This document shows, in pieces, positions 36,939-46,763 of a DNA stretch of 64,000 bases. Source of the DNA: Candidatus Woesearchaeota archaeon (GTDB lineage Archaea > Nanobdellota > Nanobdellia > Pacearchaeales > GW2011-AR1). The notes beneath the pieces are model-generated. The model saw only the letters and a list, made by a program, of their open reading frames with translations, ran no database searches and was not told the origin of the DNA. The translations under genes and the position numbers were made by a program. The first letter of the stretch is position 1. Each line of letters begins with the position of its first letter. The stretch covers positions 161,420-225,419 of the forward strand of contig CAYLOQ010000001.1 in assembly GCA_964385425.1 (NCBI GenBank), read 5' to 3'.

Positions 36939-38243
36939 TCATAATCTCTTTTCAATAGATCTAGCAATCTGTAAAAGTTTTTGTTCCTGAAATTTATCTG
37001 CAATTATTTGTATTCCTACAGGAATTCCCCTTATTTCTCCTCCCGGAATAGAGATTGCGCAATTACCTGCCAAACTAGAAGGTATTGTTAAAGCATCGTA
37101 AGCATACATGTCTTCAACCGAAATTTCATTTCCTATTTTATGGGGAAGTTTAGGAATCGTTGGGGAAACAACACAATCCACCTGTTTAAAAACACCATCA
37201 AACTCTTTTTCAATTAGCTTCTTTGACTTTAATGCAAGATTATAATATCTTCCAAAATATTCTGCCCTAGAAATCTCGCCCCCTCCTAATATCCTTCTTA
37301 ATACCTCAGGTCCTGCAAAATTTTCTATTTTTTTACCATATCTCCTGCCGTCAAACTTCCTAGTAGCTGAAAAAAATTCTACATAAACTAAAAGGTAATA
37401 GGTTTCAATTGCAAGATTGATATATTCAAATTTTATTGGTTTTATTTTCCATGAATATTTTTTTGCGATATCTTTTATTTGTCCTTCAACCAACTCCTGA
37501 ATTCCTTTATCTTGAATCCCAAAATCCAATAAACCAACAGTAATATCTCTTGGAACTTTCTCAATATCATTTATGTTGATGGGCTTGGAATCTTGGCTGA
37601 TAGCATCTTTATTATCTTTACCTTTTATAACACTTAATAAAAGAGCTGCATCATAAACATTTTTCGTTATAGTTCCGATCTGGTCAAGGCTCATGCTTAA
37701 ATCAATAAGTCCATATCTTGAGACGCTAGAATAACTTGGTTTTAGACCAACAACACCACAATGGCTTGCTGGATTTCTTATACTCCCCCCTGTATCAGAT
37801 CCTAGAGCCATGTCACAAAAGCCTGCTGAAACAGCCGCAGCACTACCAGAACTAGATCCTCCAGAGACCAATTTCAAATTTCGTGGGTTTTTAGTAGGAC
37901 CAAAAGAACTAGTTTCACCACTACCCCCTGCTGCAAATTCATCCATATTAGTCATTCCAATAATTACTCCCCCCTCTTTCCTAATTCTGTCTATAACCGA
38001 AGCATCATAAGGAGCCTTATAATTCTCAAGTGTCTTGGAAGCACAGCTAACATTCAAACCCAGAACATTTATATTGCTTTTTACACCAATAAATTTTCCA
38101 GAAAGTTTTCCCTTTATCTTTTTAGAGCCAACATTCTTTGCCTCTTCCAGAACCTTTGGATTTAATTGTAAAAAGGCATTTATCTTATTTCCAGATTTAT
38201 CGTTTTTTTTAATCTCTTTTAGATAGTTTTCTAATCTCACCAT
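36939..38243 (-). CDS. gatA: Amidotransferase subunit A
   Basis: Amidase signature GGSSSGSAAAV, GSDTGGSIRNPA. Confidence 0.95.
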   Translation of the reverse strand: MVRLENYLKEIKKNDKSGNKINAFLQLNPKVLEEAKNVGSKKIKGKLSGKFIGVKSNINVLGLNVSCASKTLENYKAPYDASVIDRIRKEGGVIIGMTNMDEFAAGGSGETSSFGPTKNPRNLKLVSGGSSSGSAAAVSAGFCDMALGSDTGGSIRNPASHCGVVGLKPSYSSVSRYGLIDLSMSLDQIGTITKNVYDAALLLSVIKGKDNKDAISQDSKPININDIEKVPRDITVGLLDFGIQDKGIQELVEGQIKDIAKKYSWKIKPIKFEYINLAIETYYLLVYVEFFSATRKFDGRRYGKKIENFAGPEVLRRILGGGEISRAEYFGRYYNLALKSKKLIEKEFDGVFKQVDCVVSPTIPKLPHKIGNEISVEDMYAYDALTIPSSLAGNCAISIPGGEIRGIPVGIQIIADKFQEQKLLQIARSIEKRL

Positions 38244-38488
38244 TTTTTCTTATCTGCAATAATAAAATTTTTATTCTTTTTCAGAGCATTATCAAACATG
38301 ATTTCTCGAGAGATGTATTGGCAATCCTCACCTTCTTTCCTTTCTGACTCAGGTCTCTCTATTTTAGGTTCAATTATTTTACCGACAAAAGATAGCTTTT
38401 TAGAAAAATTATTCATTCTGATCTTAGATTGCTTCTTTATCTCCTTCTTTTCTCTTTCAGAAACCATATGGAAAAGAAAATCTGCCAT
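38237..38488 (-). CDS. gatC: Probable amidotransferase subunit C
   Basis: 83 aa between aspS and gatA, overlapping gatA; REIMFDNA resembles the GatC C-terminus. Confidence 0.6.
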   Translation of the reverse strand: MADFLFHMVSEREKKEIKKQSKIRMNNFSKKLSFVGKIIEPKIERPESERKEGEDCQYISREIMFDNALKKNKNFIIADKKKW

Positions 38489-38522
38489 TAAAGAAGGAGG
38501 TAGAATAAGTTTAAAAAAGTAA

Positions 38523-39860
38523 TCACGGTGTTAATCTCTCTGTATCTCTGGGGAATAAAACAGCCTCCCTCACATTTTGTAAACCAAGTAATATCATGGT
38601 AATCCTTTCTATTCCTAAAGCAAAACCCCCATGAGTTGGAACCCCGTACTTGAAAAATTTGGTAAACCACTCAACAGATTTAGGATTCATATTTCTATCT
38701 TTCACATTCTTCATTAATTCATCATACCTATTCTCTCTTTGTCCTCCTGATGACATTTCCATTCCCTTATAGTACAAATCAGTACTTCTTGCGTATTTTG
38801 AATCATCTTCTCCCCTTACATAAAAAGGTTTTGTTTTATGAGGAAATTTATTTAGAAAATAAAAATCACATCCGGGATGTTTTTTTTGTGCATATTCCCA
38901 AAGCAACTTTTCAGCATCTGTATCTAAATCATTGCCTTCTTTAATTTTTTTCCCCATTTTCCCAAGAATTTTATAAACATTGGGAAACTCAATTACAGGG
39001 AATGGCGCTTTAGGGATTTTCAATTCAATTTTTAATTCTTTTAACTCTTCTTTGCATTTTTCATTAACTCTCCTAAGTGCGGAAATAACAACTTGTTCTT
39101 CAATTTTCATAACATCATACTCATTATCAATAAATGCTAATTCGGCAGCACATGTTCTATGCTCTGTTAAATGTTTTGTGGTGTGGGACTTTTCAGCTCT
39201 CCAGCTAGGCCCAATATCATAAAGTTTCTCTATTCCTCCTGCAATGGCTAATTGTCTATGTAACTGGGGATCTTGTCTTAAAAATGCTTTTTTATTGAAG
39301 AATTTCACTTCAAACACCTCGCTTCCAGATTCTGATGGAGTTCCGATTAGACAAGGGGTAAAAACTTGGTAAAAACCATTTTTGTTTAACCACTCCTGCA
39401 TACCTTCCAAAAGATTAGCTTGAATTTTAAAAGTGATTTGAGATCTTCTAGATCTTAAGCTTAAACACCTCCAATCAAGCCTGTTTGGTAATTCTACATT
39501 TGAGTAATCAAAAATATTAATTGGTAACTCTTCTGCTTTTGAAGAAACAACAATTTCGTCTGGATTAATTTCTTTTCCTCCAGGAGCTTGCTTTGAATCA
39601 ACAATTGAGCCAGAAACATAAACTACTGATTCTCTTGGTATCTTTTCCATATCTTTAAAAATTTTCTCAGGGGTCTTTCCTTTAACTCCTGTGACCTGAA
39701 TAATTCCAGAGGTGTCCCTTATAATAATAAATTTAATTTTACTAAGATCTCTTACTCTATCTACCCAACCAGCAATGACTACTTTTTTGTTGTTTTTTTT
39801 GAAAATATCTCCTATCTGAATTCTTTTTTTCCGCATGTCTTGCAAATTTATTTTATTCAT
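38523..39860 (-). CDS. aspS: Aspartate--tRNA ligase, archaeal type (probably non-discriminating)
   Basis: OB-fold N-terminus, FLRQDPQL, WRAEKSHT.KH, SSGGQR, HGGFALGIER. Confidence 0.93.
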   Translation of the reverse strand: MNKINLQDMRKKRIQIGDIFKKNNKKVVIAGWVDRVRDLSKIKFIIIRDTSGIIQVTGVKGKTPEKIFKDMEKIPRESVVYVSGSIVDSKQAPGGKEINPDEIVVSSKAEELPINIFDYSNVELPNRLDWRCLSLRSRRSQITFKIQANLLEGMQEWLNKNGFYQVFTPCLIGTPSESGSEVFEVKFFNKKAFLRQDPQLHRQLAIAGGIEKLYDIGPSWRAEKSHTTKHLTEHRTCAAELAFIDNEYDVMKIEEQVVISALRRVNEKCKEELKELKIELKIPKAPFPVIEFPNVYKILGKMGKKIKEGNDLDTDAEKLLWEYAQKKHPGCDFYFLNKFPHKTKPFYVRGEDDSKYARSTDLYYKGMEMSSGGQRENRYDELMKNVKDRNMNPKSVEWFTKFFKYGVPTHGGFALGIERITMILLGLQNVREAVLFPRDTERLTP

Positions 39861-39920
39861 AAAAGAACAAAAAAAGAGAACTATAAAAAGCTTATTAAAT
39901 AAAGCAAACTTTTATTCTTA

Positions 39921-41276
39921 ATGGTAAAAATTGGCCTGGAAATTCATGGATATCTTTCAACAAAAGAAAAACTTTTTTGTTCATGCAAATCCGAACACGG
40001 GATAAAGCATTCAAGACCAAACACAAATATTTGTCCTATTTGCACAGGTCAGCCGGGAGCAAAACCTCTTCTCCCCAATGAAAAAGCAGTTGAAAAAGCA
40101 GTAAAAATAGCTCTAGCGCTTGGATGTAAAATAAATAAAAGTGTAATTTGGCAAAGAAAACATTACGATTGGCCAGATTTACCGAAAGGGTATCAAAATA
40201 CCTTATCAGGCCCCTATGCAATCCCAACAGGAAAAGGAGGGAATTTTCTTGGAATAAGAATAACAGAAGTACACTTAGAAGAAGATCCTGCGGCATGGAA
40301 TCCAAAAACAGGAGAAATTGATTACAACAGATCTGGAGTTCCTCTAATAGAAATAGTTACAGAACCGGATTTTGAGAGTCAGGGACAAGTCATAGAATGG
40401 TTAAAAGAACTCATAACAACACTAGAATACATAAGAACTATCGATAAAAAATCAGGGATAAAAGTGGATACAAATATTTCTATCCCAAGAGGAAAAAGGG
40501 TGGAAATAAAAAATATAAACAGCCTCAATAATGTGGAAAAAGCCATAGAATATGAGATAAAAAGGCAAAAAAAGGACTTGCCTAAATCACAAGAGACTAG
40601 GAGATTTGATGAGATCAGAGAAACTACGATCAGGATGAGATCTAAAGAACAAACAGAAGACTATAGATTCATTTCAGATCCGGATCTTCCTTCAATAAAA
40701 ATAACTCAAAAAAGAATAGATGAAATAAGATCAACTATCCCTGAAACCTCAAAGAATAAATTAGAAAAATTAATAAAGAAATACAGGGTGGAAAAGAAAT
40801 ATGCAGAAATTTTAGTTAAAAAAATAGAAATAGTGGAATTTTTTGAAAGTGTGATAAAAAAAACCTCCCCACAACTTGCAGCACGATGGATCATCGGAGA
40901 ACTCCTAAATATATTAAACTACAATAAAAAAGAACTTGATGAGGTTGATATTAAGCCAGATCATTTTATAGAATTATTAAACTTAATTGAAAAAAGAAAA
41001 ATAACTGAATTAAAAGCCCAGGAAATTCTTAGGCAGTTTATCCCAAAATCATTTTCTCCTAAAAAATTTGGGAAAAAACATTCTATGATTTCTGGTAAGG
41101 ATGAATTGGAAAAACTTGCGGATACAGTAATAAAAGAAAACGAAAAGGCCGTATCAGACTATAAAACAGGGAAAAAATGGGCCATAAATTTTCTCATAGG
41201 AAAAGTCATGAAACTAACAGATAAAAGAGCCGATTTTAAGGGTGTGAGGAAAATACTAGAAGAAAAATTAAAATAA
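39921..41276 (+). CDS. gatB: Amidotransferase subunit B
   Basis: IGLEIH, CPICTGQPG, HLEED, NRSGVPLIEIVTEPD, VEIKNINS, DYRF. Confidence 0.95.
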   Translation: MVKIGLEIHGYLSTKEKLFCSCKSEHGIKHSRPNTNICPICTGQPGAKPLLPNEKAVEKAVKIALALGCKINKSVIWQRKHYDWPDLPKGYQNTLSGPYAIPTGKGGNFLGIRITEVHLEEDPAAWNPKTGEIDYNRSGVPLIEIVTEPDFESQGQVIEWLKELITTLEYIRTIDKKSGIKVDTNISIPRGKRVEIKNINSLNNVEKAIEYEIKRQKKDLPKSQETRRFDEIRETTIRMRSKEQTEDYRFISDPDLPSIKITQKRIDEIRSTIPETSKNKLEKLIKKYRVEKKYAEILVKKIEIVEFFESVIKKTSPQLAARWIIGELLNILNYNKKELDEVDIKPDHFIELLNLIEKRKITELKAQEILRQFIPKSFSPKKFGKKHSMISGKDELEKLADTVIKENEKAVSDYKTGKKWAINFLIGKVMKLTDKRADFKGVRKILEEKLK

Positions 41277-42713
41277 TCAACTAACAAATCTTTTAATGAT
41301 TTCTGAAGCTTCTCTGCCATCTATTTTTCCTTTAAATTCTTTCATAACAAGGCCCATATATGCTTTTTCAGATAATCCAGGTTTGCTCTTAACCAGATTC
41401 ATAATTTTCTCCTCAACAGTATGAATATCTACTCTTTTGAATTTAGGTATTTTCTCCGGAGATTTTCCATCCACAATAGATTCTAAAACATGTTTAATAT
41501 TATGCTCTGAAATTTTTCCTTTTTTAACCAAATTTAAAACATCTGAAATCTTATCTTCCAATATTTTTTCAACTTTCTCTAGTTTTATTTTTTTACGCTT
41601 TGCAATATCTTTAGGAAATATCAAAAGGATTTTCGCGATTAACTTGGGTTCCCTAACAATTCCTAAGAGTTCTTTAAACTCTTCAAGTTTGTTTTGTTTA
41701 AACAAAAGAGAAATCATATCTCTATTCAGTCCTTTTTTCTCTAATTCAATTCTATCATCTTCTCTGGATTTAGGTAGATTCTTTTTAACTTCATTAATCA
41801 TCTGCCGAGAAATTTTCAACAACGGGAGATCTGTTTCGGGATACATCCTAGCTGCCCCTGGCAACGGACGCAAAAATCTTGTTTTTCCATCGGGTAAAAC
41901 CATCCTGACTTCTTCCACGCTCTTGCCTTTTTTAACCAGCTCTATCTGTCTTTCTATCTCAATTTTTATCGCTCTTTCTATATTTCTTATGTCCTGAAAA
42001 CCTTTCATCTCGATTCTCTCTCCACCTTCGATAGAAAGGTTAACATCTTGTCTTATAGTCCCCAAGCCACGTTTAACTTTACAACTCCGTAAAATATCCC
42101 CAATATGTAAAGCAGCTTCTTTGGCTTGCTCTGGTGTTTTAATATCTGCTGCTGTAGCAATTTCGACCAAAGGGATCCCCAGCCTATCTAACCTGAAAAC
42201 TCCCTTCTCCTTATCAACAATCCTGGCAGCATCTTCTTCAAGACAGATTGTTTCAATACCAACTCTTCCGTTTTCTGTTTCAATATATCCATCTCTCGCA
42301 ATTAAAACAGTTCTTTGGAAACCACCTGTATTAGAACCATCTATAACAGTTTTTCTCATGATTTGTGTTAAAGGAATAATTTTAGCGTTCAACAGAAGAG
42401 AGACTTGTAGCGCAATTTTAAGAGCTTCAGGATTTATTTCGTGTGGAGGTTCCTCGTCAAGTTCAACAAGACAAATAGTATCATATCCCTGATAAATAAA
42501 TTTCTTTCCCAAAGAAGCCTGATAAGCTGTAGCCACATCTACTTCCCCTGATTCTCCTGCAACAGCATGAAGCCTCCTTTCTACAATAAAATCAGGTTCT
42601 TCTTTTCTCAATAAAGAAGGGCAATTACAAAAGAGTTTCCTCGTATCCAGCTGCTGATGAATTTCAAGCCCACATTTCAATCCTAACTTTTCATAATCCA
42701 ATTTCTCCGACAT
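41277..42713 (-). CDS. gatE: Glu-tRNA(Gln) amidotransferase subunit E, shortened
   Basis: GLKCGLEIHQQL, MRKTVIDGSNTGGFQRT, RGLGTIRQDVN, RPLPGAARMYPETD. Confidence 0.95.
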   Translation of the reverse strand: MSEKLDYEKLGLKCGLEIHQQLDTRKLFCNCPSLLRKEEPDFIVERRLHAVAGESGEVDVATAYQASLGKKFIYQGYDTICLVELDEEPPHEINPEALKIALQVSLLLNAKIIPLTQIMRKTVIDGSNTGGFQRTVLIARDGYIETENGRVGIETICLEEDAARIVDKEKGVFRLDRLGIPLVEIATAADIKTPEQAKEAALHIGDILRSCKVKRGLGTIRQDVNLSIEGGERIEMKGFQDIRNIERAIKIEIERQIELVKKGKSVEEVRMVLPDGKTRFLRPLPGAARMYPETDLPLLKISRQMINEVKKNLPKSREDDRIELEKKGLNRDMISLLFKQNKLEEFKELLGIVREPKLIAKILLIFPKDIAKRKKIKLEKVEKILEDKISDVLNLVKKGKISEHNIKHVLESIVDGKSPEKIPKFKRVDIHTVEEKIMNLVKSKPGLSEKAYMGLVMKEFKGKIDGREASEIIKRFVS

Positions 42714-42751
42714 GCAATAAAAAAAGAAGAATAGTTTATTAAATTAATGAC

Positions 42752-43882
42752 TTAATCCATTTCAGAAAGAGAATCTGTCTTGTCTCCGTTATAAATCGCC
42801 CAACTTCCGACATAAAACTGATATCTATCAAGAATGGGGACTATTGATTTTTCCTTATCTCTTTTCAGGGTGGCAATCCTAATTTCTCTAGGATAAACAT
42901 TTTCCAATTGGTTTAGTATCCCCCTTAAGGTATTTCCCGTAGTAACCCAGTCTTCAACAATAAGTAAATCTTCACCTTCCAGACTTTTTCCTAGGAAATC
43001 TGAGTCATTACCAATCCAAGGATACCTGTGTTTTCTTGTTTTTATGGAATAAAAAAGAGGATAAGTCACTGGCAGGTGTCCTTTGTCCTCATAAGCCATA
43101 GAGAGTCTTATTCCAAATTCATTACCCCCTTGAGCTATAGGGAAGATAACTCGTGGTGCAAACCTAAAATCTCCAGTTTCATCCTTCTCAGTAATCTCAT
43201 CTTGAAGTTGTTTCATTAACCGATTTCCATGATGTATATGCTTTTGGTCTGTAGGTACAAGCTCAAAAGAACGTATGTATTTTAGTTGGGCCATACTCAA
43301 AAGATTTCTGAAAGTTCTCCCTTTTTTTTTGAGTTCCATATTCATACGAACCTCATCCATTTCAAAGTACTGGTCTACTTCCCTTAAGGCTCCCTTGGCC
43401 AAATCTACAGCCACAAGCTTCGACATTCTGGCCTCTTCATTAGGGATGTACTCGTCCGCTACAGCCCCTACTATAGAATGTAAATAAGCAAGACCAAGAT
43501 TATGAATATCCTTAAAAATTGAGTTAGAGAAAGAATTTCTTCTTGTGAAATAAGGCAAAATTAGATTTCTTGAAATAGACTCTACCAATTTCAATGATTC
43601 AAGGGCCTCATCTTCAGTAGTTATTTCTCTTTCGCCTCCAGCAATTACCTTTCTTGCTCTTTTTCTTCTTAAAGTATAATAGTCTGTAATGTCTGTTAAA
43701 ATAGGGGCAGCAAAATAGTCTGAAGGTTTATCTTCTTCTGGTGGATGATAACCGCTTAAAAATAACAAATGGGCCTTGGATAGGGTATTTTCTAAGTCAG
43801 GGACGATGTTTCCTCTAGCAAGATCTTCCAGCGACCCCACAATTTTTCTATAAATTCTCCTACTTTTCTCAGGATTGCTCAT
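42752..43882 (-). CDS. Helical domain fused to type I phosphoribosyltransferase domain
   Basis: IAQGG and PRPP-binding loop LLIVEDWVTTGNTL. Confidence 0.7.
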   Translation of the reverse strand: MSNPEKSRRIYRKIVGSLEDLARGNIVPDLENTLSKAHLLFLSGYHPPEEDKPSDYFAAPILTDITDYYTLRRKRARKVIAGGEREITTEDEALESLKLVESISRNLILPYFTRRNSFSNSIFKDIHNLGLAYLHSIVGAVADEYIPNEEARMSKLVAVDLAKGALREVDQYFEMDEVRMNMELKKKGRTFRNLLSMAQLKYIRSFELVPTDQKHIHHGNRLMKQLQDEITEKDETGDFRFAPRVIFPIAQGGNEFGIRLSMAYEDKGHLPVTYPLFYSIKTRKHRYPWIGNDSDFLGKSLEGEDLLIVEDWVTTGNTLRGILNQLENVYPREIRIATLKRDKEKSIVPILDRYQFYVGSWAIYNGDKTDSLSEMD

Positions 43883-43999
43883 ACAGAATTCAAGCTATTT
43901 TATCTTAAAAACCTTCCTATATGTAACCCCTTTAGAGTTATTACTCAAATCACATAAGAACAAGCCAACATTTATAATAACTGGTTTATAACTAAGAAT

Positions 44000-44440
44000 A
44001 TGGGGAAAAAGGAGAAGCTTAGTACTAAAGTAGAAAAATTAGGAGATAAGATGGTGTCTTTTAAACCAGGCCATCCTCCATTCAGACTACCAAGAACTCT
44101 TGGCCAAAGAGCATCAGACTGGCTCACAAAATGGGCCGGTAGTTGGTTCTTCATCATCGGTCTCGGCATTTTAATGTTCATATGGATTGCAGTGAATACC
44201 TCATGGTTGATATTTGGAAGGGAATGGGACCCTTACCCATTCATACTTCTAAACTTTGTCTTATCGACACTCGCAGCAATACAGGCACCCATAATTCTTA
44301 TGAGCCAAAACAGGACAGGACAGAAAGACAGGGCAAGAGCAGAATACGACTATGCTGTAAATAGAAAGGCAGAAAAAGAAATAAGAGAAATCAAAGGCCA
44401 GCTTAAAAGAATTGAAAGACATCTAGGAAGGAAAAAATAA
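44000..44440 (+). CDS. DUF1003 membrane protein
   Basis: GSW.FI...DPYPFILLN..LS..AAIQAPIILMSQNR. Confidence 0.9.
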   Translation: MGKKEKLSTKVEKLGDKMVSFKPGHPPFRLPRTLGQRASDWLTKWAGSWFFIIGLGILMFIWIAVNTSWLIFGREWDPYPFILLNFVLSTLAAIQAPIILMSQNRTGQKDRARAEYDYAVNRKAEKEIREIKGQLKRIERHLGRKK

Positions 44441-44442
44441 AT

Positions 44443-45720
44443 TTATTCTAACCAATCATTAAACTCACCAGAAATATTTTCTAGCATTTTTTCCTTAACC
44501 TTTTCTTTACTCTTTGCCCATTCCTTATGCCCAAGAACCCATCCAAGTTTAATCAAAGCTGTTTCTGCAAGCATATCTTCAAGGTAAATAATTCCTGTTT
44601 CCAAGAGCTCTCTTCCATTGGAATAAACCAAAGGATCCAGCCTTCCATAAATAGTCTGGCTAGCTGCACAGACGATCATCTTTTTCTGAACTTCCTTAAG
44701 TTTTTTTATCCAGCTATTCCTGGACCTCTTTGTAGGAGCATGTCCTAATCCAGACATTTCTAAAACAATTCCCTTATACCCCTTTCCCTTATAATAATCT
44801 AAAATTCCAGGGTCTTGTCCAGGATAAATTTTTATCAGGGCGACTTTTTCCTCAAATTTCAAATCAAGTTTAACTTTTCCCTTTTTTCTAATATTATAAT
44901 CTGAAATTCTCTCTATTCTATCTGGAAAAATCCTAGCAAACGGAGATGCATTAACAACCTTGAAAGCATCTCTTCTAGACGTGTGAAGTTTTCTCGTCTT
45001 TGTTCCAGGCATTGCATAACAATAATCATCGTTAGTGCTTGCATGTCCAACTAACATAACCTCGGCAATATCTGAAATTGCTGCCAAGGCAGAACACTGC
45101 AAATTAAGATTAGCATCTGAACTCGCACGGTCAATACTTCTCTGACTATAAGTCAAAACAACCGGTTTATTCAAATCCTTTAAAAAGAATGAAAGCGCTG
45201 CAGAAGTGTAATGCAAAAAATCTGTTCCATGGGTTATTATTATTCCTTTTATATTTGAATCATTTAAAAGTTTCTGGGCAACACGGGCAAGTTTTTGCCA
45301 GTCTTTAAAATCCATATCTTCAGAGGCTTTAGTGAAGGGAACTTCAACCCTAACAACATTAACCCTATCAAAAATACCAGGATAAAACCTAAACAAACTC
45401 TCCGGAGTATCTAACCAGTCAACCCCTCCCTTCTTAGGATTTAATCTTGCAGCAATAGTCCCTCCTGTAATAATCATCGCAATATTTGGTTTTTCTCTGT
45501 CTCTCTTTATCTCTAGTTTCCCTTCTTCTTCTCTAGATCTTCTTTTAACTTTTATCTCTAAAATATCTTTTTTATTAAGTCCTATATTATAACCAGAATC
45601 CAACTTAAGTAAAACAATTCCATTCTCAGACTCAGAACTTTCCAAAAGAATTCCCTCATAGATGTGTTTTGTTAGATGAACTTCTACAAAGTCTCCAGGA
45701 TTAGCATTTGTTTTTTTCAT
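44443..45720 (-). CDS. gatD: Glu-tRNA(Gln) amidotransferase subunit D
   Basis: N-terminal KLDSGYNIG domain; asparaginase TGGTI, HGTD, SQRS.DR.SSD, HTSRRDAF. Confidence 0.96.
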   Translation of the reverse strand: MKKTNANPGDFVEVHLTKHIYEGILLESSESENGIVLLKLDSGYNIGLNKKDILEIKVKRRSREEEGKLEIKRDREKPNIAMIITGGTIAARLNPKKGGVDWLDTPESLFRFYPGIFDRVNVVRVEVPFTKASEDMDFKDWQKLARVAQKLLNDSNIKGIIITHGTDFLHYTSAALSFFLKDLNKPVVLTYSQRSIDRASSDANLNLQCSALAAISDIAEVMLVGHASTNDDYCYAMPGTKTRKLHTSRRDAFKVVNASPFARIFPDRIERISDYNIRKKGKVKLDLKFEEKVALIKIYPGQDPGILDYYKGKGYKGIVLEMSGLGHAPTKRSRNSWIKKLKEVQKKMIVCAASQTIYGRLDPLVYSNGRELLETGIIYLEDMLAETALIKLGWVLGHKEWAKSKEKVKEKMLENISGEFNDWLE

Positions 45721-45753
45721 GGAATGAATAATGGTAAGAGATATAAAAAGTTA

Positions 45754-45862
45754 TAGGCTCGGGGGGATTCGAACCCCCATCGGCCGGGTTTTTCAAAATA
45801 TTTTATGGTAATCATAAACTAAATTCCGAAACCGGACATTCTATCCGTTGAAATACGAGCCT
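45754..45862 (-). tRNA. tRNA-Arg(TCG) with a 37-nt 37/38 intron (45789-45825)
   Basis: Acceptor AGGCTCG/CGAGCCT, A20, G37, T arm GGGGG-TTCGAAT-CCCCC; intron GAAA pairs with T32-C35, followed by the AA|C bulge. Confidence 0.85.
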
Positions 45863-45892
45863 ATAAAAATATTGAGAAAGTTAGGTTTTTAT

Positions 45893-46762
45893 ATGTTAAT
45901 ATTTTCATATTTAAAGAGAATGCCATTAAAAAGACACCACAAATGGATTATTGGAAGTTTCAGTTCACTAATCATAATTTTCATGATAACGATAAGTGTA
46001 TTTACCTATCTGGCTTTTGCAAAACAAGAACTCAATTATAATTTGTTAGATCAAAGAATAATCAATCTGCAAACAGAAACCCAGAGTAACATAAATACGA
46101 TAACAGAGAACATACTTCAAACCAAAGAGGAATTAGGTGTGATAGGAAAAGAGTTCAGTGTATTAAAGGCGACCGCAGGAGAAGATTTTTCAGGGATAAT
46201 AGATGAAGCAATAAAATCTGTGGTAACTATAAGAACCGATGTGGGACAAGGAACTGGATTCATAATTACTAACGAAGGATATATCGTGACAAACGCCCAT
46301 GTGTTGGCTGGAAGAAGTGAGGTCAATTCAATAACCTATGAACAAGAAGTTTTAACAACAAACCTCATTGGATTCGATGATGTTTTAGACATAGCTCTTC
46401 TAAAAATCTCTGGAACACACACACCTTTAAAATTTGGAGACTCAAATAGTGTTCAGATAGGTGAAAAAGTAATTGCGATAGGGAACCCCTTAGGGTTACA
46501 ATTCTCCGTTACAGAAGGGATTGTCTCTGCAGTCGAGAGGACAGGACCAAATAATTTAGATGCCTATATCCAGACAGATGCAGCCCTAAATCCAGGAAAC
46601 TCGGGAGGTCCTTTAATCGACAAGGAAGGGAATGTCATAGGAATAAATAACTTCAAGGTCGGGGGCAGCGAGAGTCTCGGTTTTGCCCTTGGATCAGATT
46701 ACATAATTGAAGCTGTGAATAATATAGCCTTACAAACATTAAATCAGACCCTGATAGGATAA
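45893..46762 (+). CDS. Membrane-anchored trypsin-like (HtrA/DegP-type) serine protease without PDZ; start at 45893 or 45920
   Basis: GTGFII, TNAHV, DIALLK, IQTDAALNPGNSGGPL; the track start at 45848 overlaps the tRNA. Confidence 0.92.
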   Translation: MLIFSYLKRMPLKRHHKWIIGSFSSLIIIFMITISVFTYLAFAKQELNYNLLDQRIINLQTETQSNINTITENILQTKEELGVIGKEFSVLKATAGEDFSGIIDEAIKSVVTIRTDVGQGTGFIITNEGYIVTNAHVLAGRSEVNSITYEQEVLTTNLIGFDDVLDIALLKISGTHTPLKFGDSNSVQIGEKVIAIGNPLGLQFSVTEGIVSAVERTGPNNLDAYIQTDAALNPGNSGGPLIDKEGNVIGINNFKVGGSESLGFALGSDYIIEAVNNIALQTLNQTLIG

Positions 46763-46763
46763 A

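Noticed and set aside
45848-45892. TTG start for the serine protease given by the ORF track
   Set aside because: It overlaps the tRNA-Arg gene; in-frame ATGs at 45893 and 45920 are more plausible
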